DNA of 64,000 nt from Paraphysomonas bandaiensis. Lineage: Eukaryota > Protista > Chrysophyceae. Shown here piece by piece: positions 47,506 through 63,533 of the stretch. The notes under the pieces were generated by a model. It did not search any database. It was not told the origin of the DNA and worked only from the letters and a program-made list of their open reading frames with translations. The stretch is from positions 372,001 to 436,000 of the forward strand of contig CBFFRP010000298.1 of NCBI GenBank assembly GCA_965644295.1, written 5' to 3'. The position numbers and the translations under genes are program-made. Within the stretch, counting starts at the first letter, position 1, and every line of letters begins with the position of its first letter.

Positions 47506-50205
47506 ATGATCATGATAACTATGTATAAGCTTCATTGGATGGTTTATGCTATTAGTATCAGTATCTTATCTAGTCAAAGTACAGAAATATCAAAAAATAA
47601 AAATATTCCATCACATTTTAATATAGCTGGACAAGTTCCACTTATACTACAGAATGAGGAGCCGGATAAGGATAGTCTGGCTATACAACAGGCGATACTG
47701 ATGGCTATTAATGAAATCAATGATAAAACAGATGGAATTCATGATTATCTTTTACCATATACAGAGTTATATATCAGTATACGTGATGTGGATGAATCAT
47801 TTGAAAATGGAGTATATAAATCACTTGAATTGATCGATTCATTTGGTGATAATGAACGGTTAACAGCTTGTATTGGTCCAGATAATTATGATGCCTTAAG
47901 GGGAGGATCCAAAATACTGAGTGATCATCATGTATTCCAGATCGGATATAGTGACAGAAATTCTGCTCTGGGTATGTCTGATATTTACCCAAACTCCCTC
48001 CGAACTGTTCCGGGATACTATGTAGATGGGAGGGTAATTGCAGATTTTGTTCAATTTCTGGGTTGGGAGAGGGTATCTGTATTTTCTACATCAGACACTT
48101 ATGGGAATATGGCTACTTTTTTCTTTGAAAAGGAGGCAGAAGAAGTGGGCATCAAGATTTTGTCTCTACATCATATGTCCAGGGACACAGAAGATTTCTC
48201 GAGCCACATTGAGGATGCGAAGAAAGCTGGTGCAAAGGTTTTTGTTTTTTTAATGGCGTCTACACCAGCATCTGTTCTCCTGAGCCAGGGATATAAATTA
48301 GGCTTATTCAATGCTGACACAGCTATTGTAGCGAACGAGTATGCAGCCACTGTAGAGAATTGGGCCCACTATGACTCGGATTTACTCTCCCTGGTGTCGG
48401 GATTTATTAGCATAAGTTATCATGAGTTACCTGAAGAGAGTAGTGGAAAGTCTGCCTTTTTGCAGCGATTTCGAGGGCAACCGCACACATTAGGCGAATA
48501 TATTGACGGTGTACACGTGTGCAACAACTCTACAGACGACACCGGATATTTTCTGTATCAAGTCGGAGACATTTGCACTGGGTTAAACCACTCCTTGTAT
48601 GCTGTCGACGGAAGCGATCTGCCTCCTGCTGCATATCACGCCTATGATGCAACATATGCAGTAGCATTTGGTTTGCATGACTTAGTCTACGAGAAAAGTA
48701 GACTGTACATAAATGACGAAGAGCTGCGCAGTGAGCTCCTCTTAAATACTCGTTTTCACGGGGCCACTGGAAATGTTGGCTTCTCCACGAAACATATAGA
48801 AGATGGCTTCGATGTCGGTAGCAGAGATAGCGGCCTGACATTCGATGTATTAAACTTTGACAAATCGTTCAGTGTTAAGAGTCCGGTATTGGTTGGTTCA
48901 TATCACAGTGATTGGGGGATAGAGTTGTGTGATGGGTGTGTTATAACATATGCAGGAGATACCACCAAGCCACTCGATAGACCAGAGCCTCATGTGGAGC
49001 ATCTAAATCCAGTATTAGTAGGAATATCTTTAATCATTTCGATTTGTGCTCTTACATTATCGACAATATACAGTGTCATGTTTTATGTGTACAGACGCAC
49101 ACGTCTAATTCGGGCCACTCAACCAGCTGTATACTATGTCGTTTTGTCTGGTTGCTTTCTCGGTGGCATTCGTGCTATCACAGCCTTAATAGTGCCCACA
49201 ACTGGACTTTGTATGTCTCAGATGTGGATTGCACATTTGTCGTTTACCTTAGTGTTCTCTTCCTTACTGGTTAAAGTTTGGAAAATCTACAAAGTCGTTA
49301 ATGCATCATTGAAGCGAGTGAAACTTTCAACCGCACATACACTTCACATCGTCATGTTCTCTACAAGCCCTGTGATCTTGTACCTGCTGTTCATCTCGTC
49401 CATGGGAAGCGTTGAAATTGCAAACGTTTTAGTACATGAGGATCAGCATCGCATTGAGTACCAGAAACGATGTGATTTTGAGCTTCACGACGAGTTAAAT
49501 GGTTTGTATATCCTCGAGCTTATGTGTATGCTCTATGGCCTTTACCTGTGTTACCTTGTCAAAGACATTCCAGAAGCCCTTTCGAACTATAGGACTATCA
49601 GCAAATGTATGACTCCCGAAAGATATGTTATTGCCTGTCTAATATAATGTGTAGGTATTGTGCACATCACATGTTTGGCAGTCACTTTTTTTTCTATTCT
49701 TTACTCTCTGAATCTGAATCCCAATGAAAACCAGTGCTTGGTCTCAGTGGCATTTGCTCTGGCTATAATCACCACTCTTGACCAACTCTTCCGCAACACA
49801 TGCATTAACTTGCTCATGGGAAAGGACATGACGAAATCCTTCAGGGTGGAGAAGGGAATGCACCGCAGCATCGTAGAAATATGGAATGGAGTGCCGATAT
49901 CACCTGCAGAGGTGGGGAGCGACGTAAATATTGATACAGCTGGAGGGAACATCAGCTTGTATCCAACAATCGTGAACATCAAAGATCGTGCTGCACTGGC
50001 AAAGCGGAAGAAGGAGCTCACTGAGTCTATTGAGGCAATGAAGCGTGAACTCGGTATGGTTATCGAAGCAGAGATGTACTCATACACATCCAGCGGATCA
50101 ACTAAATCGTCACAGCACAATAATATATTGTCAGCTGTGGAGGGCCCTGTGAGTGCAATGGAGGAAAATGACACTTCATCATCCTCGGTGAAGGAATTTT
50201 GTTAA
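47506..50205 (+). CDS. Class C (GABA-B-like) GPCR: Venus-flytrap + 7TM, 2 exons
   Basis: Signal peptide; AILMAINEIN..LLP, IGP, YPNSLRTVP, LGWERVSV, AYDATYAVA, FHGATGNV; 7TM with IRATQP, SSLLVKVWKI, KDIPEALSN. Intron at ~49607-49654. Confidence 0.88.
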
Positions 50206-51464
50206 ATTTATTGTTTGCTTTGTGGGTGTGATATCAAAGCAAAATGCTGTATTGTAGGAATGATTTCCTTGTGAAATTCATAGCCTATGAAAATATTTTA
50301 TCGGGGCAATAATATAGAGTATCTTGCTGTCATTGAGACAGAGTAGCTCTGTGATTTTGAGTAAATTATTAGGTTTAGTCGGAGTAAATTTACAATGTAA
50401 TAATCACAGGCAATTGAAAATTAACGATATATTTTCGAAACATGGAGTATTTGCTATTACGAATGAGAGGATTTTGGAAGATTTCGTTTTCAGAGATATG
50501 TGAAAGTTGGCTTATACCTGAGTTTGGTGACTAACAGTTGGTGAAGAGTACAGAAGTTAAAGCCCATATAAATTGCGATAATATTTAGAAAACTTAGGTG
50601 AGTTTATAGAGATTCTCGTGTGAGTTGTGATATAAATATTTCTATAGCAACTTGTAGAGTATGTGACCTATTTATTATTCATTTGTACATAATGTGCCCT
50701 TTTATTATATTTGAAGTAACAAGTTACTATGATTTATAATATAAATTATAAATAACTATTACTACGCAGTTATATAACCTGACCGCACATTTCGAGCTTT
50801 CATTTCGTTTATAAGAACAACTAATTCTACATTAGACTTGTTTAGTTGTGCGGTATGACACAATATATATTGTACATTTGAAGTCAGTAAATATGGTACC
50901 ATAAGAGAAACAAACCAAATAAGTGACTTTAGTTACGAAGGTAGTAATATTACTGGTAAAAGTCTATAGATGACGTAATGATACATATGATACATAGATG
51001 TGAAGGAGAACAGAAGTTTACTAAAGGGGCACTTACTCTCCCGTGCATCTCACACAGCAGCGATTGACATTTATAAGAGATACAAATATGAGGATATCTA
51101 GACAACATATGAATTTCCTGTTGCTTGTTCGAGTAAGTAATCTTGATCCATATAACCTTTAAAGTAGTTGAGATTTGCTCAATATTCATCTTATATGTAT
51201 CTGTATAGAGATATCTATAGATAAGACGCCTCTATGTCCCTATGTCCCATATCTTACCATGTGTAACCCTCTTAACTATAACATCAATAAGATAGCCACT
51301 TATAAAACAACATATTCGGTTTCTTGTCCCTTTCCTATTCAATATTAACTGTTTGTATTGTAATATACTGAAAATCCAACTCTTATTTAAGGACTTGTAC
51401 ATACAGTATGGATGTATGCAGTATGGTGTACACACGCACTGAGCTATGACCTGCTGTGAATGTA

Positions 51465-51601
51465 CGTATCGGCAGTCAGCATTTCAATTTTCGGGAATGG
51501 ATTGAAGCAAATATACTCTATATTACTGCAATACAACTACGGCTGGAATACAGATAATTGTTGTCTCAATATTAGAGGCATCTTTCAAGGATACCGACAT
51601 G
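51465..51601 (-). mobile_element. MITE family copy 3 (inverted, TA-flanked)
   Basis: TA|CGTATCGGCAGTCAGCAT...GGATACCGACATG|TA; reverse complement of copies 1 and 2. Confidence 0.65.
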
Positions 51602-51873
51602 TATTTACAGTATTCAATATGTTGGAGTATCGAAATACAGGTTTTCCCCTGAAAATATACACATTTGTTGAAATATCCAATAAATTTGAACGAAACATCA
51701 CTTTTCCGTGAAATTTCGAGTATTTCTGGTACATTTCTCTGATATATCTGCAATATATACACTACACTGTGTTCTGCTGTGTACATATCGAAGAGCTACA
51801 GATATCAGTGAGTAACTATATATATCGTACTGTGTGGATCAATTATCCAGTATCATTCATAGAGTATATTCAA

Positions 51874-52926
51874 ATGAGTACATGTAATGAATCTGAGAAT
51901 GTTCATGCAAGTGAACCTACCTACACTGAGCTGTTGAACTCATTGCGCGCATGCACAGACCGCAGTTCATCTGACTCCATTGCAATCGCCAAGCAATGTT
52001 CAAATGCTGTAAGAAAACAATGCAAGGATATGTTCCCCAGTGATGTATCGGGCTGTATTGGACTCTGGCAAGATGCTCATAAGTTGATATTTGCTGGTGC
52101 TGAAGATGCAGAGGATGTGCTGGACCAGCAGCTCTTCTGTGATGAGGAGTTTGTTATTTTCTTGGTCGAGTTTGCTGCATTTTTTGGCAAATTGAATTCT
52201 GGCGACAAAGATATGAATGAGATTTTATTGAAAAAGCGCATTCAGATTTACGAGCAGCTGTCCATATTGATGAATATTATGCCCGTGGAAGAACTGTCCG
52301 CTGAAGCTCAGCAACTGATTCGTGACCGTGACAAACAGTGCGGGACGTGCCATTTTAACTTGAATCAAGTAGAGTGTGCTCACGAACACTTGAATAAATA
52401 TGCCTCCTCACTTTATACTGCCAGTGCATGGAAATCGAAAGAATTATCAGAATGGAGTTCTGATGACATCGAGTCGTGTCGTGAATACTGTGATGCCATA
52501 CTTGAAGCCACAGAGTGTCTGAAAGTGATGAAAAAGTATTCAGAAGCAATTGATGAGTATAAAAAAGCGTTGCAGCTCTATGATTCAATGGCACAGGAGT
52601 GCCAAGATGTGGGAAATTCTAACCTGAGTAAAATTGGAGGATGCTGTAATAACATCGCTATGTGCTACTATCATTTGTTCAAGTATTCCGACACGATTCC
52701 ATATTTCGAACGAGCACTAGAAGCTTTCGAAACTGTGTATGGACCTAATATACCAGCCGTTTCAATGATTAGGGGAAACATAGATACAAACAAGCGTCTT
52801 GCTCAGGTGGTGGAACATATGCAAGCAGAGGGTGCTGAGATTACTAAAGTAGATCTGACAAACCCTCGACAGTACGACCAGAAAGAAGAAAAAGAAAAAT
52901 ATTTTACGACTTCAGATGAATCATAG
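51874..52926 (+). CDS. TPR-repeat protein
   Basis: KYSEAIDEYKKALQL, NNIAMCYYHLFKYSDTIPYFERALE..GPNIP (kinesin-light-chain-like TPRs). Likely ATG at 51874. Confidence 0.75.
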   Translation: MSTCNESENVHASEPTYTELLNSLRACTDRSSSDSIAIAKQCSNAVRKQCKDMFPSDVSGCIGLWQDAHKLIFAGAEDAEDVLDQQLFCDEEFVIFLVEFAAFFGKLNSGDKDMNEILLKKRIQIYEQLSILMNIMPVEELSAEAQQLIRDRDKQCGTCHFNLNQVECAHEHLNKYASSLYTASAWKSKELSEWSSDDIESCREYCDAILEATECLKVMKKYSEAIDEYKKALQLYDSMAQECQDVGNSNLSKIGGCCNNIAMCYYHLFKYSDTIPYFERALEAFETVYGPNIPAVSMIRGNIDTNKRLAQVVEHMQAEGAEITKVDLTNPRQYDQKEEKEKYFTTSDES

Positions 52927-53320
52927 TTAGGATTGTATATTTTTCCACCGTCTGAGTTCATGCATTTATTTATTCCAGTTGTACTCCGAGTGTTCAATCC
53001 CTGAAAAAAGTTTCCCTATATCAGTAAATGAATTGATTCATACTACACTGCGTTCTTTCGAGTACTACGTAATATTGACTCGTCAATTGCATTATACGTG
53101 ATCTATGCATTGTAGAACAAAACTAAACAGAGCGAAATTAACAAGAACCACAGAAGCAATAGTTTTATATTTTACATTGAATGATATTGCATTGTAAGCC
53201 ACGCACTACAAATTTTTTTAGATGGCATAGTACTAAGACCTGACCATACACAAAAATTACAATGTGAAACAATATTCTACCAGTAGTGCTATACTGATAG
53301 TACCTAGTTCCCGGACACGG

Positions 53321-53792
53321 TCAATTCGAGAAAGAAAGTACATTTTTCAATACTGTGTCAAGAGGATATTCGTGAGTTAACGTCAAACGACTTGCTTTCA
53401 TCTCCATTGTGATAATCTGGTCAATCATTTTTTTTCTTTTTCTTTCGTTCTGGTTCCGCCTGACTATCTTCTTCGTGGGTGATTTCTGAAAATACTTCCT
53501 CAAGTTGTCGCCGCCTCCTCCTCCTCGTCGTCGTCGTGACAAGTTGCATATATAGTGTTGGATCAATAGAACCATCTGATTTCAAACAATGGATCAATCT
53601 AATTGAATTAGGATTAATGGGTCTCATTAATATGGTATCAACGTCAAGATTCCACGGCACTTCTCTGTGTCTGATGTCTGGTAAATCTCCTTCGTGGCTG
53701 ATGACATTTCTTCCTTCGTGTCTGATGTCTTGTACATCTCCTTCGTGGCTGTTATCTGGCAGCGGTCTCTTTTCTTGTTGTTGTCCTGACAT
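53321..53792 (-). pseudogene. Truncated ORF with internal repeat, possible transposon relic
   Basis: SHEGD..DIRH repeated twice, DGSIDPTLY..RRRRRR, premature stop, no introns, not linked to neighbouring genes. Confidence 0.3.
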
Positions 53793-54595
53793 ACTGAATA
53801 TATGCTGCAGTTACTACACCCTTTGAATCGATATAATCGTTCAAACTAACTGAATTAAGATTTCTGGGTCTCATGATCAAAGAATTTTGACTTCACGGTG
53901 TTAAATTAGGCCTGAAAGTTATATATGTCTAGGCTAGATAGATTCTCATCAAGGTGGGTCATTGGGACATATACCTGGTATAGTGAAGAAATGAAAAATG
54001 AAGTGTAAAAAAGTAATTTTGACCACTTTTGTCTACATCTAGTACGAAATATTATAGGACAAGAAAAAATTACAATACCAAAATGTATGACAGAAAAAAA
54101 GAAGGTGGCTCTGTGTGTCTGTCATATCTACACGAGTCATACTGGTGATGATGAGGATGAAATTACTGTGGATACTTCTGTCTATTTTTGTACTGTAGTA
54201 TGCATATGATATGATGTTACTCATATCAGTTGGGATATTCTCGTTTCTCTCGTCCTATATGCATACAGAGTATACTGGTATACTGGTATATGATGACATG
54301 TACATGTACATACACTACGACTGTTGTGTATCATACTGGCATACTACATACATACATACATACATACATACATACACACAGCAGAGCACATCGACTTCCA
54401 CACTACACACACATATAACACTATTCGAATATATCATAATTCCAATTCATTCTAAGATTAAACATATCTGAAACACAACTATATCACTATCATCATCACT
54501 ATCATTATCAGTATTATCCGTATATGATATGAGAGAGTAGTATATATATATATATAAGTATATCCATTCAATTCAACTGATTAGTACTCATAACT

Positions 54596-57500
54596 ATGAA
54601 TGACACGGCTTATTATCCCGGATATCATATGGAAAATGAACAGTATGGTGTATCAGAAGAGATTATTCAAGGAAATCAATGGATGGATTATAGTAGTTTC
54701 ATTGATGATGATGGTGGCATATCGTGTATCTCATTTGATGATACACATGAATTAATATGGACCGGTAGGGATTCGGGACGAATTACATCATATTTACATT
54801 CTACTGGACCTGAGATTGTTAAATATTCTTCATTTATGGCTTGTAAGAGTCCTATTGTTGAATTACTGCCCAGTCAGCAAAATATTCTGTCAATGTCTGC
54901 AGATGGCATACATATGCACGCAAAGGGAGGATTAAAATTATTTAGCGTCAATCCATCCATACTAGAAAATGATGGATCGAATATCTCTCTAACATGTGGG
55001 GTAATATTTGAGCTCTCAGGTGGGCTAGTGAGAGGGCATGACCAGTACCTCTTCTCTGGCACGAGCAGCAACAGTTCGTATGTTTATGACTTGAACAACA
55101 CCGGTGCGCCGCTGGTGACCTATGACCTAGAAGCGGGTGCCAACTGTGCACGTAGTAGTGTGACGTTTCTCACAGTGGGGTGTGCTGACGGTAAAATTAG
55201 ACTTCTGGATCCATCACTCAGGAGCAACGCCATTCAGCACACGCTTGATGCGCACACAGGTACATAATAGTCATTCAACACGTTTTTGAAACTGTCAGAA
55301 TAGATTCGTCACGGGTATTATGATGTTTTATAATACGCCAATGCGCGTAGTACATATACTTATATGGAATTTATGTAATCATCGTAACCATGCAGGGAAG
55401 GTGTCCTGCGTGAGTATGCTCTTGGATGGAACGACTATGATATCCTGTGGTCTTAGTGGACGGCCTTTAAACCCCTATGACAGTAAAAGCCCTATTACGG
55501 TATATAGACACTTTGCCGATGTATTCGTTGTCTATCTGTTTTGTTAACTGCTGTTTGTGTCTGTAGTATCATCCCGATCCTCTGGTGAGGGTATTTGATA
55601 TGCGTATGTTGCGACAAGTCTCTCCTATCACACTCGCAATTCCCCCTCCCTCTCATGTGACAATGTTTCCCTGTGCCTTCCCATCTCCTCCAGATCCCTC
55701 TTGTTCTATAGCAAAGGCGACTTTTCTGGCTTCGTCGGCAAATGGATATATGCAGAGCTTGTCGCTGTCAGACAATCACGAAGGGATACTGGAGAGTATG
55801 CAGGTAAGGCGTCCACTTTCGTTAGTCGTGCATAGTTCATGGCTTATGTAGGTGTGTTATGCCGCTCTTGCTGGATCTGCCGATGGAAGTGAAGTAGATA
55901 AAGTGACTGCAATGGCAGCTTCCTCCACAGGTATACGCCATTTTATTCTTTTAAACATTTGGGATATGGAAGGCTCCGTTTATCAATTGTGTGCCCTACA
56001 TCAATTGTATTTCGCCTGATAAACTAAATTGTAATAAGGACGAATTGCTGCTGTGGGATCTGCGATGGGCGCACTGTCACTCCACGCACTCATGGACCCA
56101 ATGGACGAGAACTCTATGATGGATATTAAAGTTAATGAGGTTGGTAAAGTGTCCAGTCGTGGCGTAGCATCTTGTTGGTTCTTTGATTTTATGAAGTTGT
56201 ATATAAGTGTTGTTAGTAACGGGTGTGCAGGCCTCGGAAGATCTCCAGGTGCCTCCTAGTCGCCCCCCTCCTCCACCGTTGTCACTTGGCATTGACACTC
56301 CCAACCTTGCTACCTCATACATATTATCTACAAAATTACTAACTTCTGAGGTAATCGTGTAATTTGTGGTACTGTGTTTTGGCTGTTGATCCAGTTGGAG
56401 GATCTAGTTGATTCTGTGTATTATATTTTATGCTTACCAACTGTTGTTATTGTGCAGGAGAGCCAGTCTCTATTGTCATCCTTCAGTTCCACTCCACAGT
56501 GGGCGAAGAGCCACATGAAGATGAAACCACGTTCCAAGTGCGTATTTATTTGTTTTGACTTACATTTGTAATCGTTCTCTACAGAATTGCTCCAGAACTG
56601 CTTAGCGAGGCGAATCGTAAGGATTACATCGAAACTATTCAAAACAAGAAAGGTAGTTTCTTGCGTTGTGTGCAGGAAGTGTATGTATATGTAGGGTGCA
56701 GTACGTGGAGAGCATGTCATATATATGGTGACTGTTTTAGTCTCAATTGTGTATGTAGGATATCCCCCAAACAGTCTATTATGCCACAAGGCACGCGGGT
56801 TAGCATATGCTATATGCGATCCCCGCGTCATACTACCCCCTACTGCTGCGTCTGTGGCGTCGCGGGCACAGAACGCACGAACATACAGCGTGGGATCCAA
56901 CTCATCCAACGATAGCGAGTCAATGGGACGACACTCGAGTAAGTGTAGTCGACAGTGCAATAGGGAAACGCTCATGTGGTAATACCTTGCCAATGTAGAT
57001 GGGAGAGCAAACTCAGATGGAGACTGTAAATATCCGCCGTCGTCTTATACGAGGTAGGAGTATTTGCTGTGGAGTATGGAATGCTCTTTCAGCGTTGTAA
57101 TCTGTATATTCTTATGGTTAACAGATTTTCATCATATTCGATTTAATTAGTTTTGGTATATGCAGAGTTAAGAGTCATCGCGGCAAGCACAGAATGCAGC
57201 GTTACAACTATGCCGCTTCTAATGTAAGTATTTGCATTTCTGTTATCAGTATCACGAATGCCTTCAGAACACCCCTTTCGTGGGAATTGAGAATTCTACC
57301 AATAATTCGTGGTGCAATCCTGTGCTACAGCTGCTATTCGCTATTCCCTCAATTCGTGAAAGTGCTTTGTCTACGCAGAAGTCAATGTATCACAACTCTA
57401 ATCCGAACACCCTATACGGTGAACTAGGGTTTTTATTTGACATGATGTTGGCAGTGTTTCAGTCAGGGGAGAGAGTCAAAGGAGTTGAGTTCGATACTCC

Positions 57501-60416
57501 AATGACAGCAGTGGATGTTGTGGGGGGAACACAGCAGGTAATTGTGGCGAATCGTCCGAAAAGTGTCGACCCCAATGCGATATCGCGCGTTGTCACTCCG
57601 TCTAATTTCCAACGGGTGTTTCAAATCCTTTCGGTAGGACTGTTCGACAATATCAATAAGCTACGTAAAGCACAAGATGCGAATTTATCACCTCAGCAGC
57701 AGTCTATGAAGGACCCGTCGTTAAGTCCTCAGACATCACATATTAACGATGTCACTGTAGTGGACGCTCGAGCGTTGCAGTTGCATGTACAGGTGTTTAT
57801 AAAGTTCATACTGAAACAGCTTCTCATGGAGCAAGAGCAAGAGGGTCGGTATTCTGATAACAATAGCTATGAATGTAGCATTCAACAATCTTTTGCTTTC
57901 AATCTGACTTCTTCGTCAACATTTCTTCAATCTAATACTACAAGTCCTGTATCATCATTGAAGGGAGTTTCATTGGATCTCTCTTACCCTTCCCCATCAC
58001 TATCGTGTCCCTCTTTTTCCGAGATCCTTTATAGAACGTTAATACAGTCTTCGCAAATGCGTGGATGGTGTTCGGCCTCAGAATCGTATGAACCTTTTAA
58101 ACTAACTAAGCGAGTGGTTGTTTCCTCTCTGCCCAACGTACTAACCCTTTTGTGCGGGGACACACTGGGTACTCCAGCGTCTCCGTATCTTGGTGCCAAA
58201 TCTTCGTCTTCGAAAAGTTGGAACCCAGATAGTTTATGGCATGGCAAGAATTCTATCGGTGGAAGCTGGCTACCTGTTGATATTGAGGTAATATTGCTTT
58301 TTGTTATATATCGCGCACTCTCTGTGCAGTGCTGTTTCGGTATATTATTATTGATGTGATGGTATCCGATTATTGTAGGTTGTATATATTCCTCCAACTG
58401 ACAAATCGGGGGATAATACCGAAGGCCGAGTGTATGTAAGCGAGAAGCTGGCGAGTTGCGATCACCCCCCTGTTGCTTCATCTGCTGCCTCGTGTAATTC
58501 TTCGAAGGGTGCTTTAGAGGTTGTTGCAGAACAGCCAGAAACACCTGATACAACGGCAGAATCAGGCAAGGAGACAGTAGATTCTACAGGGAGTATGGAG
58601 AACTGGCTAGTATTCGACGGCTCCACGTCAAATGTTTTATCAGCACCGGCATCGGTATATCATACAGGTACATATGTGTTCGACTTGGCATTTTATGAGT
58701 ATTTGTAGTAAACTGTCGACTCGTTACGGACAATGTGATAATGATTTCTATTTTATACAGACTGTCAAGATAAAGTGGTTGTAAGACTTTCTTTATTTGG
58801 TGTGATTTCTGGTGTACGGTCTGATGGCGCAACTCACAATAGCACATGTGAACCATCGTCGCAAAGTGCTTCGTCGAACTTCCCGTCCTGTCATGCTGTG
58901 TTACACATGCGTACTAAGAGCTGTCTCTCAACTCCCGATCCTGCCCTTGCCGAATCTGAACAAAACAACGACGAGTGGACATTGTTCAACGATTTTGCGA
59001 TATCACATTGTAAAATTCGAGAAGTAACAATGTTTCCTGAGTGGCGAATTCCTTGTGCATTGTTTTTCGCTCGCTCAGATGTATCACTATGGCCTGATGG
59101 GTCACTATTGACGTCAATTAAATCTACAAAACGCGTTCCCGTCCCAAGTAATGTTTTGAAGCTCCCTTCCTTATCAGCAGTTAAATGTATATCTCCTCCT
59201 CCCGCCCTTATTCCCCCGTCACCTTCTACTTCGTCGCTATCAAAGAGTCCGATGTTGGTTGCCTTCGACGCGGAGTTCGTGTCTGTGGAGGTTGAAAAGG
59301 TAGTGATCGATGCACGTGGTCAGAGAATCGTCAAAGATGAAGGGCGTCAGGTAATCTACACTGTAATATATGTTCAAGAAATTTGTTTACATGTAATTTG
59401 CTAGGTTCTGGCTCGAATATCTCTTCTCGATGGTACACCGGCACACTGTGCAGATGGGCAATCGGATATGACAGTGTTGGCGGACGACTATGTACTGCCC
59501 TCTGAACCTGTGGTTGACTACGTTACGCGCTTTAGTGGCCTTACGGAGGAAGATCTTAACCCGTCCGCGTCCAGGCACGCAGTGGTTCACAATCGAACTG
59601 CCTACCTGAAACTACGGTACTTCCGGGACGCCGGTTGCATTTTCATCGGACACGGACTACAAAAAGATTTTGAAACGGCGAATTTGTTTGTACCACCGGA
59701 ACAGGTACTGTGCCATATTAGTGCTATAGTTGTCATTTATGCCCCAGATACGAGACACGGTGGAACTCTGGCGTCTTCCCAATCAACGAAAAATATCATT
59801 GCGCTTTCTTGCTTCCTACTTGTTAAAGATGGAGATACAGGTGATCTCGGATGTGCAGTGTGTTGTTCGATTTCTTCTAAATCGTACCGTTGAAAACAGG
59901 ATGATATTCATGACTCTATCGAAGATGCTCGGACTGCGCTGTTGCTGTACCGTCACTATGAAGAAGTTAAAGCTAAAGGCCCCCAATGTCTACAAAGTAT
60001 GTCAGCTATATGCACGCTGCGTGTATCATGTTTGTACTTATGCAGGTACTTTGAACGATTTGTATGCCTTTGGGAATAGTACTAATTGGACCATTGGACT
60101 GGATCGTCTTCCTGAATCACCTGTGGCACCTCGCAAGCACCCTCTTGGACGAGGTAGGGGATACCTCCCGGACCGTGGGTTTCAACAACAGACGCATTTT
60201 CCCCAGTATTCGATGAGCAGGCAGGGGTATATTCCTGGTACGTATGTATGATGCCTATGGCGTGTCCCATTTACAATTCATTTTATCGTAGGGTCGATGG
60301 GGCACCATGGAAGGGGTGGTGGTAGAGGTGTGATGCAACAGCAGTACCATTATGGCAACACACAACAGCATTACGGTTATCCTAAGTATGGAGGGCAGAA
60401 TGGCAGTACGTATTGA
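54596..60416 (+). CDS. PAN2: PAN2 poly(A) nuclease catalytic subunit, multi-exon
   Basis: WD40 (FDDTHELIWTG, DAHTG, DPLVRVFDMR), pseudo-UCH (GIENSTNNSWCNPVLQ, WTLFNDF), DEDDh exonuclease (VAFDAEFV, VVDYVTRFSG, IGHGLQKDF, DTVEL, RKISLRFLA, HDSIEDARTAL). Stop at 60416. Confidence 0.93.
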
Positions 60417-60951
60417 GGTGCGTATATACCACTTGGTATGTTGGTAGCTGGTGTTGTCTTTTTGGCTAATTCAATTTATATTTTTCAGAAAATTACCAGT
60501 TTCAATCAGCGAGAAATGTATCGCGGATGTATGAGCTATAGAGAGCAAATTATGTACGCGACACAAATAGGTGTTTGTCTATACTGTTTTTGATTTATGC
60601 GACACATGTACATTACCAGTTGCAAACTAGGTAACATGTAGTAGTGGTTTAGGTATTATTCAATAAGAGTTGTGGATGTGTTAAGTAACACTATGATAAG
60701 GTTGTAAGTTTTATGCTGTATGCAATGTGTCTACTTCTCTGAATTTCGATGTATAATTCTTCGAGATATAGCGTCGACTAAATAGGTACGTCAATGATAA
60801 CTGAGTCGCTTACTAACTTATATTGACATCATAACTCATTCCAATTTCGTAGGTTATACTCATGTGAGATCCAATATACTTCGTTTCGTATTTGCCTATC
60901 GTCTACGTACAACAAATAACACAGCGTCATAGTATTAGCCGAATTTGTCAG

Positions 60952-63533
<2,582 letters not shown>

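Noticed and set aside
57270-57330. Active deubiquitinase Cys in the PAN2 UCH domain
   Set aside because: By alignment to GNTCYMN the catalytic position appears to be Ser (NNSWCN), consistent with the known pseudo-UCH.
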